A stretch of 64,000 nt of DNA, taken from the NCBI RefSeq assembly GCF_006345805.1, contig NC_043000.1, positions 135,718,001 to 135,782,000 of the forward strand, in the 5' to 3' direction. The translations under genes and the position numbers were made by a program. Positions 1-11,494 of the stretch are shown here, piece by piece. How positions within the stretch are numbered: the first letter of the stretch is position 1; each line of letters starts with the position of its first letter. Source of the DNA: Octopus sinensis. Lineage: Eukaryota. A model generated the notes under the pieces. The model worked only from the letters and a program-made list of their open reading frames with translations, searched no databases and was not told the DNA's origin.

Positions 1-63
1 CCTAATTAGATGCACCAAAAAACTATACGGTTTTAAACCATACAGTAATGTGGGGTGATTAAA

Positions 64-470
64 GCGAGACAGAAGCAACAAGAATGGATAAGTTTTTAGT
101 ACAATCGTTTCATACAAAGAAAGGCTTTATTAAAAGTGCAAAAATTGCAGCATATAAACGTGTCCCGTACTCATCAGCAATACATGTGAGTTTCTCTAGA
201 CATCTTAGTGGTTGAGGCTATACTCATGAAGTAATGTGATAATTAAGTAACATAAACAGATTTCCAAATCTGTTTATGTTACTTAATATCTACATTACTT
301 CATGAGTATAGCCTCAACCATTAAGAGGTCTAGAGAACTCACATGTATTTTAGCTGATGAGTAGGTACGGGACACGTTATATGCTGCAATTTTTGCAACT
401 TTTAATAAAGCCTTTTTGGTATGAAACGTTTGTACTAAAAACTTATCCATTCTTGTTGCTTCTTTCTCGC
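64..470. mobile_element. Fold-back HHR-bearing PLE/retrozyme-like insertion (~200-bp inverted arms)
   Basis: Arms mirror around AACAGATTT-CC-AAATCTGTT (centre 264-265); each arm carries an HHR core; right end abuts (TA)n. Confidence 0.75.
348..440 (+). ncRNA. Type I hammerhead motif with long stem II insert
   Basis: TTTTAG-CTGATGA(354-360)...GAAAC(423-427)-GTTT-GTA-CTAAAA; stem I TTTTAG/CTAAAA; minus-strand copy at ~93-180 has stem II GTAC/GTAT. Confidence 0.65.
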
Positions 471-487
471 GTATATATATATATATA

Positions 488-783
488 GTGGAGGCGCAAT
501 GGCCCAGTAGTTAGGGCAGCAGACTCGCGGTTACGATTCCCAGACCGGGTATTGTGAGTGTTTATTGAGCGAAAACACCTAAAGCTCCACGCGGCTCCGG
601 GAGGGGGTGGTGACGATCCCTGCTGTACTCTTTCGCCACAACTTTCTCTCACTCTTTCTTCTGTTGGCCTGCTCGCTTAGCCAGCGGGGTGGCGTCACTT
701 GAAGGTTAAAACAATGTGAAGCACATTGTGACCAATGATGTGTAGCACCGTCTGATAGCCTGGTCGGTCACGTGATCACGTGA
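488..783 (+). mobile_element. tRNA-derived SINE, family C (GGAGGCGCAATGGCCCAG head)
   Basis: A-box-like TGGCCCAGTAG, partly deleted B box; homologous heads at 3576, 5872 and 26990(-). Confidence 0.8.
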
Positions 784-785
784 TA

Positions 786-821
<36 letters not shown>

Positions 822-825
<4 letters not shown>

Positions 826-1103
826 AAAGAAAAATAGGATGCAAAGGATTTAGCAGTACATATGTTTCTGGCTTTATGGGACAGTTTATATCAATGCATA
901 ATTGATGTAACATGTATGTCGATAGCCTTCTTCAGCCGCGCACAATTACCACACCAAAGACATGTAATACATGCATTGATATAAACTGTCCAATAAAGCC
1001 AGAAACATATGTACCGCTAAATCCTTTGCATCCTATTTTTCTTTTGATAAATATACCCTATCACCTACACCACTAACTGGCATATACAGGTGCTTACAAT
1101 TTT
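822..1103. mobile_element. Inverted-arm HHR-bearing element between (TA)n tracts
   Basis: Arms ~822-898 and ~971-1049; minus-strand GCGG-CTGAAGA-AGGCT...AGCCA-GAAAC-ATAT-GTA-CTGC at ~852-940. Confidence 0.7.
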
Positions 1104-1126
1104 ATATGTATATATATATATATATC

Positions 1127-1761
1127 CTATCTGTGTTCGGTTTGTCCTTACACAGAGGCCATCCGGATTCCCGTTTGCGCCGTGAACAGGAATTAATCTT
1201 CTCTCTCGCTCTTATACGCCATTTGGTCTCAATCCTCCCCCTCCTCATCTAACCCCCTCATCCCACTCCTCACCTATCCTTTCTCCCCGACCCTTATTCT
1301 TCAGTCCTTATCCTTTCACCCTACTCCCCTTCCCTTCTTCCCTCTTTGCTCCCTCCCTCTTCCCCTTTTCCTCTGCTCCCTCTCTCCCCTTCCTTCTCCC
1401 CCATCCTCTCCTCGTCCCCTTCTCCTCCCCCTCTTCCCCCTCCCACCTCTCCCCCCATCTTCCCCCCTCTTCTCCTCACTACACCACATGACTTTACACA
1501 TCACATCACATATGATGTGCCATACTAATACACACACCAACTAATACATACTAATACGTACTAATACATACTAGTACATACTAATACTTACACCAACCTA
1601 TACATACACACGTCACGACCCCGCATACGCACTTATACTCTCTCACACACACACACACCTAAATACATACCAATACGTACTAATACATACTAATACATAC
1701 TAATACAACACAACCCCATACATACGCACGTCCAGACCAATCCTACGCACTAATACTCTCT

Positions 1762-1800
<39 letters not shown>

Positions 1801-2165
1801 ATACATACTAATACATACACCAACCCTATACATACACCACATGCAGACCCCTCCCATGCACTTTTAGCTGGTCCCTCAACCCTTTTATCAACCTATTATC
1901 TCCCCTTATTTCGCTCTCGCGTCTCATGTTTGATCTTTGACCTCTGGCCGAAATCAGATCGCCATGTTGATTCGTTAGCTACTGCACGCATTTTTTTTCT
2001 CTCCTTCTTTCTGTGTTTTTCTCTCTCTCTGTATCTTTCTGTTGAAGAGCGTGGCTCGAAACGTTAAAGACTTGTTTTATTATATTTCCTGAGCGCCATA
2101 CTAATACAATTGTTCGTTTGTTTTCCACTGCCTTCGTTTTGTTTATTTTCATAAAGCTTCCCGTT
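1127..2165 (+). mobile_element. 5'-truncated Penelope-like element (GIY-YIG C-terminus, low-complexity 3' region, HHR-bearing end)
   Basis: 1127-1233 reads LSVFGLSLHRGHPDSRLRREQELIFSL then, after one frameshift, SYTPFGLN; HHR-like motif at 2034-2070; (TA)n on both sides. Confidence 0.65.
2034..2070 (+). ncRNA. Minimal type I hammerhead motif (one core substitution)
   Basis: TCTTT-CTGTTGA-A-GAGC-GTG-GCTC-GAAAC-GTT-AAAGA; palindromic AACGTT at stem III. Confidence 0.6.
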
Positions 2166-2380
2166 ATATTATATATATATATATATATATATATTTATTA
2201 TATATATTATATAATTTATATATATAATTATATATCGTGTCCGAAGTGTGAAAATGTTGCAGTAGTATGTTGGAATTTGCTGGAAGTCATGTAATAAGTG
2301 GACATGCTGCTTTTGTTACATAAGTTTGTGCTTACTTATTATGTATGAATGTATGTGAGTGAAGTTTGTTTGCCAACGTT

Positions 2381-2617
2381 AAGTGACAGTCCTGATTAGG
2401 ATGAATGTTACTACGATTTGGCCCCAGGAAAACATCTTCTCCAACTGGCTATCGACACACTAACTGCATCCTTACACTTCGAATAAGGGAGCTAGTGTCT
2501 CAGCTCAAAGCTTGTTTGAAGTAGAAGGACGTAGGTAGTGCGTCGATAGCTAGCTGGAGAAAAGGTCTTCCGGGCGCTAAAATGTAGTAACATTCGTCCT
2601 AATCCCGACTGCCACTT
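2381..2617. repeat. Degenerate fold-back / MITE-like inverted repeat
   Basis: AAGTGACAGTCCTGATTAGGATGAATGTTACTAC... mirrors ...GTAGTAACATTCGTCCTAATCCCGACTGCCACTT over ~90 bp. Confidence 0.65.
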
Positions 2618-2832
2618 TACTCTAAAGTACTGTTGCTGCATGCCTCTCGTTCAGAGATTTAGAACTAATAGTTTTTCTATTCAATGTATGTATTATCGAT
2701 GTATATGTAACATGGACACATCATGATCATTTCATGCTCTTTCTATGAGACTTGAATGGAGGCTCTATTGCCAAGACAAAAGAAATAATAGTTTCGAAGA
2801 AGTAGTAGTAGTAGTAGTAGAAGAAGTAGTAA

Positions 2833-2885
<53 letters not shown>

Positions 2886-3004
2886 ACAGCAGCAGCTCAT
2901 TCTTAAACTTTAGACGAGTAATTCCATATCCGCATGGCACCCGACCTCTACACATGGTCTGTGCATGTGCATGTACAGACACACATATGTATATACGTAC
3001 ACAT

Positions 3005-3400
3005 TCTTTTACTCTTTTGTGCATTTCAGCCCAAAGGCTGCAGCCATGCTGGGACACCGCCAGCGTTATCACCTCTTCAAAGGCTATTCTTAAGCGATTG
3101 GCGTTTTGGTAAAGGAGGGAGTTCAATATGTCCCCCTTCTTTTGAGTTTCTTGCCGTGTTGCTTTATCTGGGACCTTGGACAGCAGGAAATCAAGTCGTT
3201 TCTTGAAAACATCTACTCCTTATTCCATGTAGGTCCCTAAGATGTTTTGGTAAAGTATTAAATAACCGTGGGTTTTTGAACCCCGGGCTATTGCAGTACA
3301 TGAGCCTCACCCTAGTCAAGATATTGAGACCTTTTGAACTGTGACGTCCAGTTCGGAGACTGGTAAAGCTGTTGAGGCTATGATCAATGTCTATGTGAAC
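3005..3400 (-). mobile_element. Degraded 3' fragment of CR1-group LINE
   Basis: Minus strand reads CNSPGFKNPRLFNTLPKHLRDLHG, matching the LINE C-terminus near 14440-14510; ends in GGTGTCCCAGCATGGCTGCAGCC tail. Confidence 0.7.
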
Positions 3401-3411
3401 AATATAAAGAA

Positions 3412-3448
<37 letters not shown>

Positions 3449-3449
<1 letters not shown>

Positions 3450-4160
3450 TTTCCTTTTCACTTGTTTCAGTCACTAGAATGCAGCCATGCTGGAGCAATA
3501 CATTGGAGAGTTTTTAGTCGAACGAAAATACCACAGTACTTTTTTTTCGTTTTAGGTCTGGTACTTATTCTATCGTGGAGGCACATGGCCTAGTGGTTAT
3601 AGCAGCGGACTCACGTTCGAGGGATCGCGGGTTCGAATCTCAGACCGGGCGATGTGTGTGTTTATGAGGGAAACACCTAAGCTCTACGCGGCTGCGGCAG
3701 AAGTTAATGGCGAACTTCTGCTGACTCTTTCACCACAACTTTCTCTCACTTTTTCCTCCTGCATCTTGCAGCTCGCCTGCAACGGACCGGCCTCCCGTCC
3801 AGGTGGGTAACCTATACGCCAAGGAAACCGGGAAACCGGCGCTATGAGCCAGGCATGTCTTGAGAAGGAACAAACAACAACTTATTCTATCGGTAACTTT
3901 TGCCGAACCGTTAACTTAGTGGGGACGTAAATAAACCAACACCGGGAGACAAACGCAGACACAAAGACACACACATAGATACATATATAGATAGATGTAT
4001 ATACGACAGGCTTTTTTCAGATTCTGTCTACCAAGTTCTCATGAGGCTTTGGTCGGCCCGAGGCTGTAGTTAAAGACACTTGTCCAAGCTGTCATGCAGA
4101 GGGACTGAACCCGGAACTATGTGACTGAGAAGCAAACTTCTTTCCACACAGCCACGCTTG
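3449..4160 (-). mobile_element. SINE family A interrupted by a family C SINE
   Basis: Reverse complement of family A; split at 3575/3880. Confidence 0.8.
3576..3879 (+). mobile_element. SINE family C with 13-bp TSD
   Basis: A/B boxes TGGCCTAGTGG / GGTTCGAATC; TSD ACTTATTCTATCG at 3563-3575 and 3880-3892; V-domain-like CTGCAACGGACCGGCCTCCCGTCCAGG. Confidence 0.85.
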
Positions 4161-4665
4161 TTTTTATCTATATAGACAGACACACACACAGATAGACAGA
4201 CAGGTAGATCGATAGATGCACACACATACATATGCATATCTATAAGCTTGTGTCCATGAAGTTTCAAACAATCAGCCGAAATATTTGGACAACAGCTTCA
4301 GTACTTCCCAAGTTTTCTCGTGTTAAGGTTCAGGCCTAAAAATTCGTCTTTTCTTTATTTTTTTCACCCACTTACAGGAATACGGACTTAAACTCGGAAA
4401 ATATGGAATTGAAACATAAACCACAAAGCATATATTCAGACGCTCTAACAAGCCTCGCTAACTCGGAACCACAGAAACACACATATACAAAACACTTATA
4501 AATATGGGGTATATATATATATGTAAACAGTAAAAAATAAATACAAACATGGACAAGAACAGAAACACCAAGGAGACGACACAAGAACCACAGGACGGGA
4601 CATTCGAAGCCCTCAGTCATCAGTCAGAACCAGATCATCTTCGCAATTTCGGCTGATTAATCTTG

Positions 4666-4760
<95 letters not shown>

Positions 4761-5181
4761 GTGTGCATGCTTGTAGTGTGTATATATATAATATATATAA
4801 TATATATATATACACACACACTACACGCATGCACACATACATGTATATATATATATATGCATATATCTATTTAGATAGGTATAATACATGCCTATATATG
4901 TATGTATGTATACATGTATGTATGAAGGTGTGTGACTGGTACATGTATTCGTTACATGAGCTGGAAAATTCAGGAAACTTCCATATTTACTCACCTGGTT
5001 TCTTATCCTCATCCAGTTTTTGTTATCTAACAAATATTTATAGATGTGTATAATACATTAAATGCAAAGAATTAATAGAAATGTATAAGTAAACATGTAT
5101 TAACATGTTTATACACACATTGTAAATTTGTGTTTGTGTGTATGTTTATATACTTGTATGTGCATGTAAGTATATATATAT

Positions 5182-5216
<35 letters not shown>

Positions 5217-5871
5217 TGTATATATATATATATACATATATACATATATACATATATACATATACATATCATACATACTATGTTACATATACATGTACAC
5301 ATATATTGATGGATATGCATATATACACTCGTATACCTATATATATATATGTACTATATATGCAGGTATATCTGTCATGAATTATCAAAAAATCTTATCT
5401 ATTTTCTCCTACAAAGCATGAAATAACCAGCGATAAGATTATATATATACATGTGTATATATATATATATGTGTATGTATGTATATATGTATACACATAT
5501 ATATATATATGTATGTGTATGTATGTATGCATGCATGTATGTATGTATGTATGTATGTATGTATGTATGTATGTATGTATGTATGTATGCGTGTATGTAT
5601 GTATGTATGTATGTATGTATGTATGTATGTATGTATGTACAAAGGTGTAGGTACAGGAGGTGGTCAAACTCTGCATAAGGAGTAGACAACCACCATATAT
5701 ATGTCTATATATATACATACAGACATATACATACACACACACGTATGTTTAATGAAGGTATAGGAGCCAAACATATATATTGCATGTATACATGCATACA
5801 TACATACATACATACATACATACATACATGCATACATACATACATATATATATACTAGTATGTGTATATGT

Positions 5872-6222
5872 GTGGAGGCACATGGCCCAGTGGTTAGAGC
5901 AGCGGCCTCGCGGTCGAGGAATTGCGGGTTCGAATCTCAGATCGGGCGTATGTGTTTATGAGCAAAACACCTAAGTTCCATGCGGCTCCGGCAGAAGGTA
6001 ATCGCGAAGTCTTTCGCCACATCCAGCAACAGGACCTCCATAATGCTATGATGGACCGTGAAGTCTGGCGTAGCATGGTAAATTCCATTGTCTCGACCAC
6101 GGTCGAACAATGATGATGACAACTTTCTCTCACTCTTGCAGCTCACCTGCAACGGACTGGCGTCCCGTCCAGGTGAGAAACCTATACGCCAAGGAAACCG
6201 GGAAACCGGCCCTACGAGCCAG
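5872..6222 (+). mobile_element. SINE family C carrying a ~100-bp RTE 3'-end insert (6019-6119)
   Basis: tRNA head; insert matches the 3' end of the RTE at 49226-49740 and ends in (TGA)n. Confidence 0.8.
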
Positions 6223-6280
6223 GCGTGTGTGTAGGAACATGTGTGTAGGTATGTACATATATATTATAAATGTACATATT

Positions 6281-6345
6281 TGGTGCCCCAGCATGGCTGC
6301 GGCCTTCGGGCTAAAACCATTTTAAGGATTTAAGGATTTAAGGAT
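6281..6345 (+). mobile_element. Tail-only copy of the CR1-group LINE
   Basis: GGTGCCCCAGCATGGCTGCGGCCTTCGGGCTAAAAC plus (TTTAAGGA)n, as at ~14684-14740. Confidence 0.75.
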
Positions 6346-6838
6346 ACAAAAGTGTGTAAATGTATATACCTGTATATGCATATGAACCCGCTCTTTATGT
6401 ACACGTATAATACATACACGTGCTTTTGAAAAACAACGATGACAATTTGTATAGGCATGGAATATCTTAAATAACGAATGTTCAATATCTGAATATATAA
6501 AAAAAGAATCCTGATTCATCCTGTATTTACGTACAACATGAGCGCATGCGTGTGTGAATGTTTACATGCAAACGTACACAGATGATTTGGTCTATATTCA
6601 GAGAAATACTGGAGAGTAGCAAAAGGTCTGAAAATCAGATTAAGGTATAACTTCGTGGGTTAGATCATATATTGATATAGACGCAGGGTGTGGCTGTGAG
6701 GTAAGAAGTTTGCATCCCAACCATATGGTTCTGGATTCAGTCCCACTACGTGGTACCTTGGACAAGTGTCTTCTACTATAACCTCGGGCCTACCAAAGCC
6801 TTGTGAGTGGATTTGGTAGACGAAAACTGAAAGAGCTC

Positions 6839-6879
<41 letters not shown>

Positions 6880-7152
6880 TATATAATATATATATATATA
6901 TAAAAATTAAGGGTAGAAATTGATATTAGTCAATTAAAACCAGTGGTCTAGCACATTAAAAAGAATCCGAAGATTAAAATATTTATATATACCAATTAAG
7001 GACTGAACACGAAAAGGTGGACAGTCAACATGCTAGATAAAGACGTCAAATCGCCATTCTCCACAAAGATTTTGTTCTCAAATAAAAATAAAATTCAGCA
7101 CAACCTAAAGCAATGGATGAGACAAAAGAAATATACTAAATGGAATAATCAC

Positions 7153-7214
7153 CTACGTACCGTACAGTTTCAGCTATTAATATCACAAGGATATCTGTAG
7201 CTTCGTCAGCGTAG
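7153..7214 (-). ncRNA. Canonical type I hammerhead ribozyme (inverted copy)
   Basis: Reverse complement of 7522-7583. Confidence 0.88.
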
Positions 7215-7521
7215 TTTGTGTTCAGTCCTTAATTGGTATATATAAATATTTTAATCATCGGATTCTTTTTAATGTGCTAGACCACTGGTTTTAATTGACT
7301 AATATCAATTTCTACCCTTAATTTTTAAATATGAAATATATGTTCTCAAACCGATAAATTGACTGCTGCTAATTATTAGCTGCAGGCTGGTTTTTCGATT
7401 ATCAGCGCGCCAAAAGTAGAGGCATTTGAAAGATACATCCGAACGTAATAAGTTGTACTTTTTGCATGCGGGACTCCGGTACCGTTTTTCATCTAGTACA
7501 GCATATTATGCTCATAACAAA

Positions 7522-7583
7522 CTACGCTGACGAAGCTACAGATATCCTTGTGATATTAATAGCTGAAACTGTACGGTACGTAG
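7522..7583 (+). ncRNA. Canonical type I hammerhead ribozyme
   Basis: CTACG-CTGACGA-AGCTA...TAGCT-GAAAC-TGTACG-GTA-CGTAG; all three stems pair; predicted cut after 7578. Confidence 0.88.
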
Positions 7584-7768
7584 GTGATTATTCCATTTAG
7601 TATATTTCTTTTGTCTCATCCATTGCTTTAGGTCGTGCTGAATTTTATTTTTATTTGAGAACAAAATCTTTGTGGAGAATGGCGACTTGACGTCTATATC
7701 TAGCATGTTGACTGTCCACCTTTTCGTGTTCAGTCCTTAATTGGTATATATATATATATATTATATAT

Positions 7769-7802
<34 letters not shown>

Positions 7803-8473
7803 AATATATATATATATATTTGTGTGTGTTTGACAACAGATTTGGTGTGCCTATGTCCCCGAAACTTAGCGGTTCGGCAAAAGAGACCGATATAATAAGT
7901 GCTAGGCTTACAAAGAATAAGCCCTGGGGTCGATTTGTCCGACTAAAGGCGGTGCTCTAGCATGGCTGCAGTCAAATGATTGAAATAAGTAAAAGAACAG
8001 AAAAACAGAAAATACTACAGGGTAACAAAATAATATTGCTCGTTAGCAGAGTACAACATAAATATGGATTTCACGAGAGAACCTATATATGATGATTCGA
8101 TCTACAAGAAATAGCATCAAGATGTTCCCCAAAGTTCAACCTTGATATTTTATAGTAAGAGGAACACATTGGTTGATGCTGTCGTAGAAAACCCCCAAAC
8201 GGAGGATAATTAAACATGGAACTTTTTTCTATCAAGTTTAAACTAGGTTGGTGATGGTGAACCGATAAAACGCATGTTTGCAGTGACATGCCACGGTCTT
8301 TTAGGTGATACACTGTGTACTTTGAGAAGAAAAAATGCAAGTGATACACTAATAACAGGTTTATTAAAGCAATTAAAATTTCAACATGATGGGCTAAAAA
8401 TGTCCACCTTTCCTGACCTAGGGCTAAACAACAGCAACAAAGGACACAGTGGATGATATTAGCTTTGTCAAAG

Positions 8474-9270
8474 ACGTCGAGCTGGCAGAATCGTTTGCAC
8501 GCCGGGCGAAATCCTTAGCGGTATTTCGTCTGCCGCTATGTTCTGAGTTCGAATTCCGCCGAGGTCAACTTTGCCTTTCACCCTTCGGGGTCATCTAAAT
8601 AAGTACCAGTTACGCACTGGAGCCGATGTAATCGACTTAATCTGTTTGTCTGTCCTTATTTGTCCTCTCTGTGTTTAGCCCCTTGTGGGTAGTAAAGAAA
8701 TAGGTATTTCATCTGTCGCTACGTTCTGAGTTCAAATTCCACCGAGGTCGACTTTGCCTTTCATCTTTCGGGGTCGATAAATAAAGTACCAGTTACGCAC
8801 TGGAGCCGATGTAATCGACTTAATCTGTTTGTCTGTCCTTATTTGTCCTCTCTGTGTTTAGCCCCTTGTAGGTAGTAAAGAAATAGGTATTTCGTCTGCC
8901 GTTACGTTCTGAGTTCAAATTCCGCCGAGGTCGACTTTGCCTTCATCCTTTCGGGGTCGATAAATTAAGTACTAGTTACACACTGGGGTCGACGTAATCG
9001 ACTTGATCCCTTTGTCTATCGTTGTTTGTCCCCTCTATGTTTAGCCCCTTGTGGGCAATACGAAATAAGAAATAAGAATCGTTAGCACGCGGTGCAAAAT
9101 GCTAAGCGACATTTCGTCTGTCTTAACGTTCTGAGTTCAAATTCTGCAGGGTGTCAACTTTGCCTGTTATCCCTTCAGGGTGGATAAAATAAATGCCAGC
9201 TTAACAGTGGAGTTGATTTAACTGATTTATCCCCTCCCCAGAACTTGCTGACCTTATGCCAACATTTGAG
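8474..9270 (+). mobile_element. SINE family B (Nin/Deu-like domain) tandem array
   Basis: One head and three ~183-bp bodies with GCCTTTCATCCTTTCGGGGTCGATAAATTAAGTACC-like motif, then a degenerate copy. Confidence 0.8.
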
Positions 9271-9338
9271 GTTTAAACTACAATAGCAAAACTAACATGA
9301 AACACATAAACGAAACACGCAATCATACTGTATAATAA

Positions 9339-9777
9339 TCTCTCTATATATAAACGGCAGTTTGTCTGTCTGTGTGTCTGTGTGTCTGTCAGGTTGTACC
9401 CTCACCCTGACCACGGCTTTCAACCGATTCTGATGAAACTTGACACACACATAGCCCAATGTCATAATTCAAAACTAACGCAGCGAAAATTTTGAAAAGT
9501 TCCCCCAGTTCTGAAAAAAATTGATAAATTCGACATGGGGTCGAGAATCTAAGCTTTTTATATGCAACACATTTTCTATCTAGGGGACACAACTCGACCT
9601 TTTTATCGCCCAAAGGGACAGCTAGGAACATCGTATACACAGAAGTATTCGAGTGAAGAGAAGACATTGCAACCTACACATGCCCTTCGTTCCCTAGAGG
9701 GAAAGGACTAGATTGGGATTAGTCGTTGCCTACTAGGGGCTCTTACATACCCGGGCAACGCCGGGCTATGCTGCTAG
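9339..9777 (+). mobile_element. Non-autonomous Helitron
   Basis: A|TC start, subterminal hairpin CCCGGGCAACGCCGGG (9750-9765), CTAG|T end, no TSD. Confidence 0.8.
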
Positions 9778-10150
9778 TTATCTATAATATTGGATGGTTA
9801 CGTTCACACACATGCACCCATGACATACACTTCAGACATACCTGGTACTCACGCATTCCTGCTGTAGTTAGTGTTTTGCTTAGCGTATATAACAGAGCAC
9901 AGTCCGCTGTATAAAAAAAAATAAAGGGCTCATGTTTTTGTTGTGTGCAAGTTGTTTTGGGTATTTTTTCTCAAATTTTTATTAGAAGAGAAAGTTGTGC
10001 CTATAACTAATTACATGGGCTCTGAGATAGGTGACAGCGAAGGACGGAGGAAGCTTTCTTCAAACCGGAGTGTGAAATCCTCTAAGGCAGTGGTTCTCAA
10101 CCGGGGTCCATATAATTTTTAGGTGGTATTTTAATTAAATTTTAATAGAT

Positions 10151-10314
10151 AGGCGCAGGAGTGGCTGTGTGGTAAGTAGCTTGCTTACGAACTACATGGT
10201 TCCGGGTTCAGTCCCACTGCGTGGCACCTTGGGCAAGTGTCTTCTAAGATAGCCTCAGGCTAACCAAAGCCTTATGAGTAGATTTGGTAGAGGGAAACTG
10301 AAAGAAGCCCGTCG

Positions 10315-10345
<31 letters not shown>

Positions 10346-10581
10346 GCGTGTATATGTTTGTGTGTCTGTGTTTGTGTGTCCCCCCCAACATCGCTTGACA
10401 ACCGATGTTGGTGCGTTTACGTCCCCCGCAACTTAGCGGTTCGGCAAAAGAGACCGATAGAATATGTACTTAGCTTACAAAGAATAAGTCCTGGGATCGA
10501 TGTGCTCCACTAAAGGCGGTGCTCCAGCATGGCCACAGTCAAATGACTGAAACAGGTAAAGTCGTAAAAGAGTAAGAGTAA
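10151..10581 (+). mobile_element. SINE family A (tRNA head, CORE-like region, internal microsatellite, GTAAAAGA tail)
   Basis: GGCGCAGGAGTGGCTGTGTGG...GGTTCAGTCCC head; about ten copies in the window. Confidence 0.85.
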
Positions 10582-10727
10582 ACGGGGTGCACAGTAGCAT
10601 TTTAATAAATTTTGTTTTAAATGTATTTATTACAAGGAACAGTTAGGTTTCTTTCTCTAACCTTTTACATAGTTCAGCCTACAAAAATAATTGTGATAAA
10701 CAAAATGGGAACTTTAAAAGAATTATC

Positions 10728-10892
10728 TGAGTGGCTGTGTGGTAAGTAGCTTGTTTACCAACCACATGGTTCCGGGTTCAGTCCCACTGCGTGTCACCTT
10801 GGGCAAGTGTCTTCTACTATAGCCTCGGGCCGACCAAAGCCTTGTGAGTGGATTTGGTAGACGGAAACTGAAAGAAGCCCGTCGTATATATG

Positions 10893-10939
<47 letters not shown>

Positions 10940-11167
10940 TGTGTGTGTGTGTGTCTGTGTCTGTGTTTGTCCCCCGCCCACCATCGCTTGACAACCGATG
11001 CTGGTGTGTTTATGTCCCCGTTACTTAGCGGTTCGGCAAAAGAGACCGATAGAATAAGTACTAGGCTTACAAAGGAATAAGTCCCGGGGTCGAGTTGATC
11101 GATTAAAGGCGGTGCTCCAGCATGGCCGCAGTCAAATGACTGAAACAAGTAAAAGAGTAAAGAGTAA
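10728..11167 (+). mobile_element. SINE family A
   Basis: Near-identical to other copies. Confidence 0.85.
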
Positions 11168-11494
11168 AACTAGTTTCTAAACATCGAATGTCTATGGGGA
11201 ACCACCAGAATAAAATAATAATAATAAAGGCCCATTGAGCTAAAGCTACCCAAGCAAGATGGTGACGGTTTTTGAACACAGAACGCAAAGAACCGGGATA
11301 AATGCAGCAGGTTCGAGGTTCTTATAGTTCCGCCAACCCACTTCGCAGATTGTTAATTTTTTTATCGACTCCGAGAGAATGAAGGGAAAAGTTGATCTCA
11401 GAGGAAATTGAACACAGAGAGCAAAGAATCGGAACAGATACCGCGTGGCATACAGACCGACGTTCTAATCACTGTTACAATTCACCGCCAATGT

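Larger units (their letters stand above)
6902..7750. mobile_element. Retrozyme-like element: 508-nt permuted monomer (+) preceded by an inverted partial copy (-)
   Basis: GTGTTCAGTCCTTAATTGGTATATA recurs at 7218 and 7726; 6902-7217 is the reverse complement of the HHR and downstream part; no ORF. Confidence 0.8.
6681..7997 (+). mobile_element. SINE family A with a retrozyme-like element inserted in its internal (TA)n
   Basis: 5' half 6681-6840 and 3' half ~7820-7997 match family A. Confidence 0.8.
10088..11240. mobile_element. hAT (Charlie-like) MITE interrupted by two family A SINEs
   Basis: TIR CAGTGGTTCTCAAC; 11168-11240 is homologous to the reverse complement of ~32920-33005. Confidence 0.55.

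Noticed and set aside
488-560. SINE heads as true tRNA genes (also 35960-36024 and 57075-57150)
   Set aside because: No complete cloverleaf, and each continues into a repeat body
8016-8320. Possible Tc1/mariner remnant (TACAGGGT...CACTGTGTA)
   Set aside because: Ends match too poorly and no clear transposase motif was found
8520-9065. Tandem arrays as CRISPR-like loci (also 22388-23379)
   Set aside because: Units are ~183 bp or ~490 bp with no unique spacers, in a eukaryotic context
9430-9441. CTGATGAAAC inside the Helitron
   Set aside because: The two core halves overlap with no stem II
11120-11160. SINE A tail AGTCA-AA-TGACT-GAAAC-AA-GTA resembling half a hammerhead
   Set aside because: No CUGANGA upstream and no stem I; better explained as the LINE-derived 3' hairpin
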